NCBI RefSeq assembly: GCF_018350175.1
Contig: NC_058369.1
Coordinates: forward strand, 16,060,001-16,124,000
Length of the DNA stretch: 64,000 nucleotides
Reading direction: 5' to 3'
Source: Felis catus
Lineage: Eukaryota
The position numbers were made by a program, and so were the translations under genes. This document shows, in pieces, positions 1 to 40,799 of the stretch; the first letter of the stretch is position 1; each line of letters starts with the position of its first letter. Below the pieces are notes generated by a model, which did not search any database, was not told where the DNA came from, and saw nothing but the letters and a program-made list of their open reading frames with translations.

Positions 1-66
1 CTTTAAAGCACACGTAAGACGCATGGGGTTTTAATACAAAACTAGAAGCTCTAAAAGAGAATCCCA

Positions 67-295
67 GGGGCGCCTGGGTGGCTCAGTCGGTTAAGCATCC
101 AACTTCAGCCCAGATCGTGATCTCACGGTTCGTGGGTTCGAGCCCCGCGTCGGGCTCTGTGCTGACAGCTCGGAGCCCGGAGCCTGCTTCGGATTCTGGG
201 TCTCCCTCTCTCTCTGCCCCTCCCTGCTCATGCTCTGTCTCTGTCTCTGTCTCTCTCCAAAATAAATAAACATTACAAAATATTTTTAAAAAACA
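67..295 (+). mobile_element. Can-SINE (SINEC_Fc-like)
   Basis: GGGGCGCCTGGGTGGCTCAGTCGGTTAAG head, (CT)n, AATAAA/A tail; TSD AAAAGAGAATCCCA. Confidence 0.92.
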
Positions 296-599
296 AAAGA
301 GAATCCCAGACTTTAAGGAAATTGCACAGTTTGCTTCAAACCACTTTCCACAGACAGCCTTCAATCTATGGGAGTTCTGGGTCTGTTGTTGTCCTTCGAG
401 ATTACAAAGGCGGATGCCTCTGCTGTTCTCACGGAGACTCCGGGCAGCTCCTCAGCATGAAGCCAACACATGAAGCCACCGGCGCCAGGCAGAGGGACAA
501 GACAGAAGGGCCGTGGGTAGGCGGCTTTACCTACAACCGCCCTGCCCCCACAAGAGCCCGGCCAGTTAAGAAAGGGCCGGAGGCCCTGGGGATCCGCAC

Positions 600-29486
<28,887 letters not shown>

Positions 29487-29620
29487 TCTGGGTTCGGGAG
29501 GCGACCAGCGAATGAAGGCTCTGCCACCTGAGCAGTCTCTGCACCCCTTTATCCAGGGCTGAGTGACCTCACGGGGTGTGGCCCGCCCTGTGGCCCAATC
29601 GGCACCCCCTGCCCTCCCCC
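29487..29620 (-). promoter_or_regulatory. LTF: LTF 5'UTR and proximal promoter
   Basis: Minus strand reads ATTGGGCCAC (C/EBP-like position, 29599-29590), GGGCGGG GC box (29588-29582), TGAGGTCA CRE-like (29571-29564), GGATAAA non-canonical TATA (29554-29548). This matches my recollection of the mammalian LTF promoter layout. Confidence 0.8.
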
Positions 29621-29891
29621 GCTCAACCCCCAACTAGTTCCTCAAGGCCAAGTGGGGGGGGGGGCGGTGAGGGGGAACAGTGGGGGTGGGGAGAAGGACC
29701 AGTGAGTGCCAAGCCGCTCAGAAAACCCAGCCTACAGCCCCTGCGCTGCTGGTCCCACCCGCTTACTGGGGTGGTCTTTCCCTCTGTCAATCTGCAAGCC
29801 CCTGGGGAGTCGCGGCCCCTGAGTCTGGTCCTTCCTCTGGTCTCAGCGCCTCCTAGACGGTTGGACACAGAGCCGGGATCCTAAGGGGAAT

Positions 29892-29922
29892 ATCTGTGGT
29901 CATCTGTGATCATCTGTGATCA
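29892..29922. repeat. Three tandem 10-mers ATCTGTG(G/A)TC in the LTF upstream region
   Basis: ATCTGTGGTC ATCTGTGATC ATCTGTGATC read directly. Confidence 0.85.
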
Positions 29923-30080
29923 GAACTGTGGGACTCGCCTTGCCTTTAGCAGATGGCTCTAAAGCGCGGGGGAGCTGGTCAAGGCAGGGGGACCCCTCCT
30001 CCCCGGCACCCCGGCCAGCAGCCAGCCCACAACTCTGCAGAGGACCCAGCTGCCTGGGGTCAGCGGCCTGGGACAGCTAG

Positions 30081-30197
30081 CGGAAGTGACAGACCCTGCC
30101 CAGAGTCTGACCCCAGCTGCCCACTGGGTCTCTCCTGGCCCCACAGAGAACACAGTACAGCTCCCAGAAACCAGAGCCAACGGTCTCAGAGGAAGTG
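30081..30197 (+). promoter_or_regulatory. Two ETS/PU.1-type motifs upstream of LTF
   Basis: CGGAAGTG at 30081-30088 and GAGGAAGTG at 30189-30197; motif match only. Confidence 0.4.
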
Positions 30198-30321
30198 ACC
30201 GCCACCCACTGCCCACCGGCTGTCCCCTTGGCCCCTCATTTGCCAGTGAGAAGGCTGTCCTAACTCTTGTTTTATTTTTGTTTTGTTTTGTGACAGCATG
30301 GGGTGGGAGATGGGCACCTCA

Positions 30322-30830
30322 TTTTTTATTTTATTTTTATTTTTATTTTTATTTTTTGCTTAAATCCAAGTTAGTTAACATATAGGGCAGTAATGGTTTC
30401 AGGAGTAGAATTTAGTGATTCATCACTTATATACAACACCCAGTGCCCATCACAAGTACCCTTCTTAATACCCATCACCCATTTATTCCCCACCCACCCC
30501 TTCTCCAGCAAGCCTGAGTTTGTTCTCTGCATTTAAGAGTCTCTTATGGTTTGCCTCCCTCTCTGTTTTCACCTTATTTTTCCTTCCCTTCTCCTATGTT
30601 CACCTGCTTTGTTGCTTAAATTCGACGGATGAGTGAAATCATGTATTTGTCTTTCTCTGACTGACTTATTTCCCTTAGCATAATACACTCGAGTTCCATC
30701 CACGTTATTGCAAATGGCGGGATTTCATTCTTTTGGATCGCTGAGTAGTATTCCATCATATATGGATACCGCATCTTTATCCATTCATCCGTCGATGGAC
30801 ATTTGGGCCCTTTCCACAGTTGGCTATTGT
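30322..30830 (-). mobile_element. Carnivore L1 3' end
   Basis: T-rich tail followed by L1 3'UTR-like sequence (CATAATACACTCGAGTTCCATCCAC...). Confidence 0.8.
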
Positions 30831-32269
30831 GGGAACCTCATGTTGATAAATCGCCCTTTTTGTCCTCATACATCAGCGGACCGTATTTCAGGAAGATGTT
30901 TTTAAAGTCTAAAGCTAGGATTCTGCTGGGAATGTATCTTGTAAAAATACACCCCCATGATGCACAGCGGCTCACATACAAGGGTCTCCGGGGCAGCACT
31001 GTGTGTCATTAACCAAATGGAAGCAAATTAAACGTCCGTGCCTGGGGGGGGGGGGGGGAGGGTTGTGTGTCACCGAGTGTGGTGCCACGCATGCTGTGGG
31101 ACACGCCTGCAGCCTCAGAAAGTTCGGGCCATCCTGTACATATCCATGTGAACTCAGCGCCCAGAGATATGAAGTGAAGAAGTAAGGCAGCAGGAGGGAG
31201 GGAGATCAGAAGCACCTGGACATTGGCTCTCGCCAAGTCCGTCTTGCCAATACATTAGTCTGGAATCTGCTCATCCGGGGAAGTTGCTTTGGGCTGTTTG
31301 CTTACGTGGTGCACCAAGGATTTCCTGGAGCCGCCGGGCAGTAGCTAGGGAGGCAGCCCTGTGTAGGGTGGGGGTACAGCAGGCTCTCGGCCACGAAGAA
31401 GCAGACCTGGCCTGAATCCGTGAGACCCTCAAGGAATCCGCGGGCCCCCTCTGCCCCAGGTGTGGAGCCTGGCCAGGCACAGAGTAAGGTCTGATCGGGC
31501 ACCCTGCTGCCCGGACACGAGAGTGGGGACTGGGGTTCAGCCCTAGAAGCAACACCTGGGTTTGGGGGTGACAGATCCAGGGTCTCCTATGGTTTGGAAA
31601 CATAGTGTCACAACCTTGAAAGTTGCTTTCATCAATAATTGCAATAAGCCATTTCAAAATTGGTGAAGAAACACGCAATTGACTAATTCTCGAGAGTGCC
31701 GAAGCATCTTTGTGCCTCAATCAACAACTCGGCTCTGCCTTTCCATGATTATAGAAGAACGAAGGAATGTCACATCCCACGTGTCTGCCCCTGAGTGCAA
31801 ATTCTAAAAAAAGGTGGGGTGTGAGATGAGGGGCCCCTAGACCCTCTTATGTCTGCTACAGCATTGGCAGGGACACAGAGAACCTGGGGCCACGACCAGC
31901 AGGCTGAGTTTCAGGGATGCCCTCGAGGCAGGACTGGGATCCATTAGGCCACAGGGCAGACTGTTTTATGCTGTGCCTGCAGGGAATGGCCCAGCCCCGG
32001 GCCAGGCATGTGCTCAGCTGCACACACGCAGAGCAGGGCTCCATCCACAGAGGAAGCTGATACAAGGGAGGGATCTACCGAAAAGACGACGAGGTTCAAC
32101 TGATGTATTATCAGCATTCATTCATGCATGTCAGAACTGGTGAATTCCAGGAGGGACACGGAGAAGAGGGGGCTGTCCTTGCCCTCAGGAGCCCACAGCA
32201 CAGTCGAGGAGCGGGGGCCAGGCACAGGCACCTGGGAAAAGGCCAGGCAGCATAAACAAAGTGAGGGTG

Positions 32270-32480
32270 GGGACCACCCGGGTGGCTCAGCGGGTTGAGC
32301 GTCCGACCCCGGCTCAGGTCATGATCTCGTGGTTCATGAGTTCAAGCCCCCCATCAGGCTCTGTGCTGACAGCTCGGAGCCCGGAACCTGCTTCGGATTC
32401 TGTGTCTCCCTCTCCCTCGCTCGCACTCTCTCTAAAATAAATAAGCATTTTTTTTTAATCTTAAAAAAAAAAAAAAAAAA
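32270..32480 (+). mobile_element. Can-SINE
   Basis: Head and A tail. Confidence 0.85.
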
Positions 32481-33629
32481 GGTGAGGCTGGCAGGAGAAA
32501 TGACCGACCAGTTCCCGTCACGAGGGTTCCAGAAGAGTTCAAGGAAGAACATTTGACCCGGATACCTGGAGAAAGGACAGCATTTCTGTAAGGAGAATAT
32601 TCAGGTGGAGGAAACAGCCGAGTAAAGGCTCGGGAGCGTGGGCACGCCGTGACCAATTAGCTGAGCGTGAGGAACAACGGAAAAATACTCGGGGCTTTCT
32701 GGCCGGGAACTCTTCTTGCAAGAAGGATTAACAAAGTCACCTCCTCTATCCTGAGCGCCACACCACGTGTCTGTCTGCCTCTGAACCACTCCTCTCACAG
32801 GGCCTGTAGGTACCGAAACTCGGTGCGTCTGAAACGAAACTCATCCACCTCCTCCAGCCCGATGTCTTCTCTCGGATTTCCTACCACCCTCCACCAAGCC
32901 CTCCAAACAGAGAGCCTCAGAGTGGTCCTCAAATCGTCTGACGAGCTAGCCCTGTATGTGTGATGGGCAGCTGATGATCAATACTGGTTGAATGAATGCG
33001 TGAATGAATGGGGAGGAAGGCCAGGAAGTGGGGGAAGGATCCTGTTGGCAATGCATCGAGTCTGAAAGACAGAGAGGCCCAGAGCTGGCTATGCCAGGGC
33101 CTCCCCAGGGCCAGTGTGCATGGAGTCATTAATTTGCCTGTTTGCCCGGCGTTGAACAGCGGGGCCAGATCGTGCACAGCCTGCAGGGAAGCAGGGGACG
33201 GGTTTCCCAATGCTGAGACGGTGGCATGGCATGAATATAAGGAGTGCGAAGCCAGGTGGCTATGGTACAAACCGCTGGGCGGTGGCGGGAGCTGGTGTTT
33301 GGCAGGCAGGCGAGGGAAGTCAGCTAACTTCTCCCGCATCCTGGCTTCCTCTCCACCCCTGAAATTCACACGGGGACCCTTGGCCGGGACAAGGACTGGC
33401 ACAAGGTAAGCCCTTCCCCACAGGCATGCAGTAAGCCCCACACCTTGCCCTCTATGGAGTCCTCTAGCTTCAAACCCAAGAGGAGCTCTGGGAAGAACCC
33501 CCGATCTGGGCAGAACCCACTCTAGATAGAATAGACGAGAGAAAAGGAGTTCTTGAGATAGCTACTCACCCGGGGGCTCCAGCCTGGCCAACAGGAGAGA
33601 CCCCAGACCGGGGATCCTGCCCTTGCCGA

Positions 33630-33815
33630 TGTGTGAGGTTACCGGCTGGGCAGAGAGCCACCTGTTAAATATTTAGGAATTTCGTGGCGGGTTGTTGGAC
33701 CATCGGCAGCTTGAAATCATTCATGGTGGGAGGATTTACACCATGGAAACCAGCAAACGCTATGCATCAGGGCCTTTTTCCCTCCTGGAGAGCCAGTTCA
33801 CAGCACATGGCTGCC
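33630..33815 (+). mobile_element. MER63-like hAT non-autonomous DNA transposon
   Basis: GCTTGAAATCATTCATGGTGGGAGGATTTACACCATGGAAACCAGCAAACG resembles the recalled MER63 consensus. Confidence 0.65.
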
Positions 33816-36800
33816 TGGGTCTGTCCCTGTTTGGAGGCATGCAGTGCCCACGTTAGCGTGGGTATCTGGGGCTGGGGTGCCATCCCAGGAGAGAGACAAG
33901 ATGATAACCCAAAACCCTGAGTCTCCCCTGAGGCCCACAACCAATCCGTCACCCTCAAGGGCCCAGAACTCCCTGAGAGCTCAGGATGCAGAAGCCGAGA
34001 TCCGGGGATACCCCTAGCTCTTGATCTCGTCAGGAAGGAAAACCCACAGGTCCTGAGCCCCTTCTGTGGAGCAGAGGCGCTATCCAGATGCTTCCGCACA
34101 TCGGCCGGGGCTTTCGGTCCTCATCGAAGCACTGTGACCTGCCTCATTAGGCCTGCTTTCCAAACGGGGCGGAATCAGGCAAGGCAACTTGCTCACGGTC
34201 ACCCAGTTGGTCAGATCTAGAAATCCGCCACGGACCCCTGACCCTTATCCAGTGACCCTCTATTGCTATCGACCCTTCCTTTGCTGACCACCCTGAAGGG
34301 AGAGCAGAAAGCGAGCAAAACTGAGGATGAGGTGGACAGAGAACCCCCTGCTTGTTGGCCAGTGTGATGGTCATGATTTCCAGAACAAGGCCCAAACGTT
34401 CGGCCCCAAGGCGGCCCCCTGCACGTAGCCGAAGGTCCTGGAGAGTCTTCAGGTGTGTCGGTGGGCAGTGGGGGCTGCTATGGGGAGAGAAGCTGAGCTG
34501 AAGGGTGGCGGGCAGGAAAATGGTGGCTTTATTAACTAATATGTCTTGTTGCCCAACCTTGCCTAATTTACAGAGAACCCACAGAGACAAAGAGCTTCTG
34601 TCTCCTTGGACAGCACTCTTCCTCCTTCTCCTCCTCACCTACCTCCCCTCATAATCAGGACCCTCCCTTCCTGGGACCCTCCCTGCCCCTCTGGACCCTC
34701 CCTTCACAGGGCCAGCACCCCACAGACCTCCGGAGTGCCACTGCACCGTTCTGCGCGATGGTCCAAGGGGCAGTGGAAATTGGCTTTTCCACTTGCAGAC
34801 TTCCATTCTCCCGGCCAGAATAGAACCCCATGTCCCTGGCAGAAATCTCAACTCCACGAACGCCTAATCACCGTATCCACGGAGATGAGAATGTGCAGCA
34901 GGCCAGGCCCAGGGAAAGTCTTCCTGGAAGGTGCCAGCCAAGGGCAGCCTGGAAGGTGGCAGGGGCTGGCCCAGGGTCAACCATGCAAATTTCTTCCCAG
35001 CAGGAATGAGGTCCCTGCCAGAGAAAGCCCCGGGGAAGGAAGCACCCCGGGGAAGGTGAGCCTGAGGCCACCACAGCCGCCTGTCCCAGGGGGCCGCATT
35101 TTGGCGGGAAGGAGAAGGAGCTTGAGCAGGCTCCCGGAGGAGCCAGGAGCCACTGTCGGTCTCCATCCCACCGGGCAAGGCCGGCGCTGCTCCTCCCCAG
35201 CTCCCCGAGGCCAGGAGTGGCCAGCCCCACCTGCTCCAAGTAGACATCTCTTCCGCACCCCCCCCCCCATTCACTGCTTCACCGGACGGCCTCTTGGGCC
35301 AGCGGGCACAGGGACACACGGTTAGAAGCATGGGAGAACCGGCTCCACTCTAAATAGCCACCTGGACCCGTGCTAGTCTCGTAACCTGTCTAAGCCTCAG
35401 TTTCCCCCACGGGTCAAAGAGGCATAAACATGATACCCACCTCATGAAGTGGGCAGAGTTAAAATCTGGTGCTTGAGATGCTTACGAAATGCTCAGCAGA
35501 CACTCACGAGCCCCCGATGAGTGGGCTTTGGCTGGGCATGGGCATCCGGGGGGAGCAGGCGGGCAGGGGGAGGTGGCCCCCGGAGCGGAGACCAGGGCAG
35601 AGTTATTTTTCCCACATGCCCCTCCTTCTAACAGAGCACGTGGCTGCCCTCAGTTGCCCGCATTTTCTCCAGTGTGGGTCTTACCCCGCCCTCCTCTCCA
35701 GCTTCTTCTCCACACCCCTGTCTGATCCCGGCCTCTTCCCCTCTCCTCCCTGCCGACCCTGGCTGAGCCTCCTTCTGTCCCGGTGCTTGTAGCACTGACC
35801 CACTGACCCACCTGCCTGTACCTGCCCCCGGATGCCGAGCTCTGGGAGGAAAGGGCTGCAGCGGACCCATCTCTGGATCCTCAAGGACAAAGGTCTGCTC
35901 ATGGCCTGGCCGAGAGGAGAGCCTCGAGGGGTTGGGGGGGGGGGGGAGGGGATCGTTCAGTGGGTGAGTGTGAAGAGAGGGAGGTGGAGAGGCCCAAATC
36001 CCCACCCCCAAATCCTTCGATTACAAGTCTGACAGCACCCTTCTCATCCTCAGGAGGTAGGAAGGCTGGCCTGTGAGGGTGACCGGGGCACTGAACTCCA
36101 GCGCGGCAGGTGTGGGGGAGGCCACCCCATCTTTCCTTCTCCCCAGTCTGTGCCCTGCAGAAACCTCCCAGCAGGTGGGGCATTCTAGTCCTGCCCCTGG
36201 CCTGCCCTGTACAGCATCTGAGCAGCCTCAGTATGAGGACAGCAGCTGGGGGGGGGGGGGGGAGTGAGGGGGAGGGGGGTGATGGGAAAAGCTGGGGGAG
36301 AGATTCCTCCATCATGCCCAGTACCCGGCCCCCTCTCCTACAGGAAGGCTAAGACCCCCTTCTACTGAAAGCCCTCTTCCCTCCCCCACAGCCTGAATCA
36401 GCTTCCAAAGACGAGGCAGGGGGAGCACCAGGAGAGCACCGGGGAAATAGCAGACATGAGCTGAAAGGACTGCGGAGGCAGGGGGGCCAGACCCCCCCAG
36501 CTCTAATGCACCCCCTTTTCCAGACCAGAGATACTCTTATTTTAGGGAATTAGTTTGCAGCCAGAGGCCTATTGGCATGACCTCTCCTTCTAGCTCCTTC
36601 TCGGTGCTCTCTTCTCTCCAGGGACACCCACCCTTCCCGTCCCCCCACCTCTCCCTCCCAGCTCCAGAGTCAGTCCCCTTCCTCCCCACCCCACCGCCCC
36701 CCACCTACTTTGGTTCAGCTGAAACCAGACGTAAAGCTTGCACTAACCCAGGTCCCTATAGGGGGTGCCTGCACGTGAGGTGCGATATTCAATCCTACAA

Positions 36801-37889
36801 ATGGATGTTATCACTGAACTTGCACTCTGCCAAGGGTGCAGAGAGCACTAGCCGGGTTCTCTCTGTGTCACCCTGTCTGCTCCTCCTTAACCTCCTGTGT
36901 GCTCACGTGGAGTGAAAGGAGGGGCAGAGGCCGGGAGCAAGATGCCCCCTTTTCCGGATCCACCAAATGGGTCTTGATCCCAAGCAAAATCTTCCTCCAT
37001 AAAGTATTAACAACTTCCAGAGAAATCCATCTGGGAAAAGACAAAACTCAGCCGCCTGCTTGGCCCTCTTGAAGACAGAGCTGAAACCAACCCCCCATCC
37101 TGGCGTGTGTGGTGTTTGAGGGAGGATTGGGGGAAGCTGGGGAGGGGCGGGGGGGGCCGGGTACGGGGAGCAAGTCTGTGACCAATAACATTGTTGCCCA
37201 ATGTTGCCTCATTCGTAAAGGAAACTCAGCAATCAAAGAGCTTCTCTCTGTTGGTCCTTCCTGCCCCTTCTCCATGCACTCCTGCCCCCTTATAGCTTTC
37301 TCTTCCCTCCAGTCTGGCAGGCCTGGGCCTGGCTCCCAATCTCTCTAGATCAATACTTGTGTGTGTTTTCGGATTCCCCCTCTCCTTCACTCGCTCGGTG
37401 CCATCTGCCGCCCAAATGCACCCAGCCTTTCCTGCATCCTGCCTCTGGTGCCCATGCGTCCCTTTCCATTCTGTGGTCAGGAGATGGTCCTGGGCTCCTG
37501 CCTCAGCTCTTGACACCCTCCCGCCTCTCTCGACCCCAAGGAACTCTCTGGAAACCACAGACCTGACAGCGGTTCCACGGCTTCTTTCCTTGCCCCTCCT
37601 CTCTTCTCCCTAGGCTCTGTCCCAGAGGAAGCTCATCCCCCCTTCTCCTTTGGATTGAACTACCCTCTCTGTGCTGAACGCTCCCAGGACCGCATTGCCC
37701 ACCCAGAGCTCTCTCCCCTGATGGAGGTGTGCTCAACCATGAGCTGGGCAGCTCAGCCTGGGGGTCCCAGCAGCACCTCAAACCGGCATGTCCGCCTTCC
37801 AGTTCTGGATCAAGATGAAGCAGACACATCTCTCCCTACCCGCCCCCCCCCCCCCCCGCCCCAAGTACAGCCAAAAACCCCTGGGGAGG

Positions 37890-38305
37890 ATAGCTATTGT
37901 GGCTCAAAACAACACAAATGTATCATCCTAAAGTTCTAAAGGTAGAAGTTCAGATCACCCTCAGTGAGCTAAAGAACGCATAGCTGTGTTCCTTCTGGAG
38001 ATTCTCGGGGGAATCCATTCCCTTGCCATTTCCAGCCTCTAGAGGTTGACTGAGTTCCTTGGGTCTTGGCCTCACATTACTCCTAATTCTGTTCCCATCG
38101 TGACACCTCTGTCTCTGACTCCCCTGCCTCCTTATAAAAGCACTGTGATCCCATTGGGTCCATTTGGATAATCCAGAATACTCTCCCCAGCTCAAGACCT
38201 TTAATTTAATCATACCTGCAAAGTCCCTTTTGCCACATAAGGTAACATATTTGTAGGTTCTGGGAATTAGGACATGGACATCTTTGGGGACCATTACTCA
38301 GCCCA
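37890..38305 (-). mobile_element. MLT1-type (ERVL-MaLR) solo LTR
   Basis: Minus translation VPKDVHVLIPRTYKYVTLCGKRDFAGMIKLK is typical of MLT1 LTR sequence. Confidence 0.8.
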
Positions 38306-38309
38306 ACAA

Positions 38310-39250
38310 GCCAGTGGATTGTGATAAATCGTGTATGCAAAGTAATTCCTAGAGCGACCACTAAGTCAACTATACAAGGAGATACACTCAAAAACACTAC
38401 AGATAAATCAAAATGGAATTGTGAAAAATGTTTAAGTCACCCACAGGACGGTAGGAAAAGAAAACAATGAAAACGTAAAAACAAAGGAAACAAAAAGATA
38501 AAATCGCAGAGGTAACCCTAGTATATCAATAGTTATATCAGATGTAAATAAACACTCCAATTAAAAGACTACGATTGGCAGAGTAGTTTTAAAAAAGACA
38601 TAACCCAGCTGTCAGCTGTCTGTAAGAAACTCACTAGAAAATATAACAACCTAGCTAGGTTGAAAGTAAAAGGATAGAAAAAATATATACCATGTAAATA
38701 TTAATAAAAAGAAAGTAGCAGTGGCTGTATTGAGACCAGATAAAGTTAAATTCAGAGCAAAGAAGACTGTTGGGGGACGGAGGGACATTGCATGATGATA
38801 AAAGGGTCAATATACCAAGAGATCATAGCAATCCTGAACGTGCATGCACCAAAAAACAGGGCTCCAAAATACATGGAGCAAAAACCAATAGAACCGAAAG
38901 AAGAAATAGACAAATCCACAATTATAATGGGAGACATCGAACCCCTCTCCCAACAACTGAGAGAACAAAGGGACAGCAGATCAGCAAGGGTGCAGAAGAA
39001 CCCGACGTCACCATCAACCAACAGGACATAGGCGACATTTATGAAGCACTCGGCCCAACAGCAGCAGAACACGATTCTTCTCCACGGCACATTCACCAAG
39101 ACTGCGCGTGTCCCGGGACACGTAAAACAGACTTCAACAAATATAAAGAAATCGAAATCATCCAAAATATGTTCTCTGCTCAAAATCAAATCAAGCTAGA
39201 AATCAGTAACAAAAAGAAGAAAATCTCCAAACCCTTAGAGACTAAGCGCT
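38310..39250 (+). mobile_element. L1 fragment, ORF2 endonuclease region, degraded
   Basis: MIKGSIYQEIIAILNVHAPKNRAPKYMEQK...EIDKSTIIMGD is L1 EN domain; frameshifted. Confidence 0.9.
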
Positions 39251-40799
39251 CATGGGGGGGGGGGGGGGGAGGGAGGGGCCAGGGAGGGGGAGGGGGCGCA
39301 GGTAGGACCAAGGACAGAGTGGGAGCTGCTTTCCCACCATCTCCCTCTTGAAGCTGAACCAAGCAGCGTGTCCCCCATGCTTGACCCAGGGCATCTGTCT
39401 TTCTGATCCCTGGTCCCATCCTGTTATCTGTCTGTAACTCTCTGTTGTTCCCCCATTCTCTCTCTGGTATCACTTCTAGCTCTTTCTCCATCTTCATATT
39501 TCTCTCTGCCTTGTCCTCTCACTACATCTGTCTGTCTCACATCACCCCTGCCCCCCTCCTTCAGCCCCACAGCCCCAGTCACTCTCCTCGGCAATGTCTG
39601 GTCTATCTCCCAGCCTGCTGCCTCTCGGCTCTCAGGTCCTGCCTCTGCTCTACGATGCCTTCTCCTTCCCACTTGCAAGCTTCCCCGGGCTACGGGGGAA
39701 GCTTTCCTGGAGCCCTTGAGGCCACTTGGTCTCTTCCCCAAGAGCTGAAGGTCACTGTATTGGTGACTAAGGACAGGTGACGTGCTTTGCCCATCAGCAG
39801 GCGATGGCAGGGGCCATGGATAGCACCAGGGACTGGGTCCAAGTGAGTCCATGTGAGTCCAGGCCCAGCTGGTTCTCAACCACCGTTCCCTGGTCACCAG
39901 GGAAGTGACACCTTGATGGGAAAGCAGCGGCAGGATACAACACAGATGCCAGAGGGCCACTGTGAGGACATAAAGGCAGATGACTTGTAGAACGAGGAAG
40001 TGGTTGGCAAAGTAGATGGGGACCTGGTAGACGAAGCAGAACCTGATGGCTCTTTGGAAATGGAGGAAAGAGCCAGGGAAGTGAGCAATTTCCAGGATAT
40101 TTGGAAATATTTTGGCTTGACGTTGCGCCCATGAAATAAGCTGACCAAAAAATCAGACCCTTTCAGAGCTGCATGGTTCCCCTGACACCATTTTAAAAAT
40201 GGAGCCTCTGTGCAGAGAAGGGGCATGTGGCCTCCCCAGACCTGCCCGGGTAGGGCAAGGTGGACTCTGGTCTCCTGACCTCTTGCACGAGGTGGAAAGA
40301 GGAGAGCGGGGAGAGGCAGGGTTCCCTTCAGCCAAAGACGTCCTCACAGAGCATTTGCTCTGGGTCAGGCCCTTGTCAAGTGTTGTAGGTCATCAACACG
40401 CATCAGACTTGATCCCTGCCCCCAAGGATGACAGACAAGAGTGGTACTGGGGCAGCTCCGGAAGGGGCTGGAAAGCCCTCACACTCCCCCACCCTGGCAT
40501 CTTCCAGCAACCTCCACAAGGTGGGCCTGGTTAGAAGCAAGTGAGCGAGGGAGAGGTTACAGGGACCAGGAATTGGGGGTCCTTGAGAGCAACCGGAAGA
40601 ACTTTTGCATTCACTCTGGGGGAGAGAGGGGCCTTTGGGGGGCTGGGAAGAGACTAAGAGGGAGGGGCAGGAGGGGCAGCAGACAGACTATTGTGGGGCG
40701 GCCGGAGGAACTACAAGAACGGATTCGCATTGCTGAGAATGGGAAGACTGCAGATGGGGAGTGGTAGACCAGAAGTTCCGTTTTGCACACTGTCAGTAA

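Noticed and set aside
67..150. tRNA-like A/B boxes at many sites
   Set aside because: These are Can-SINE heads, not tRNA genes
36700..36730. Short resemblance (TACTTTGGTTC) to the end of LTF exon 10
   Set aside because: Similarity stops after about 11 nt; no transferrin-like translation
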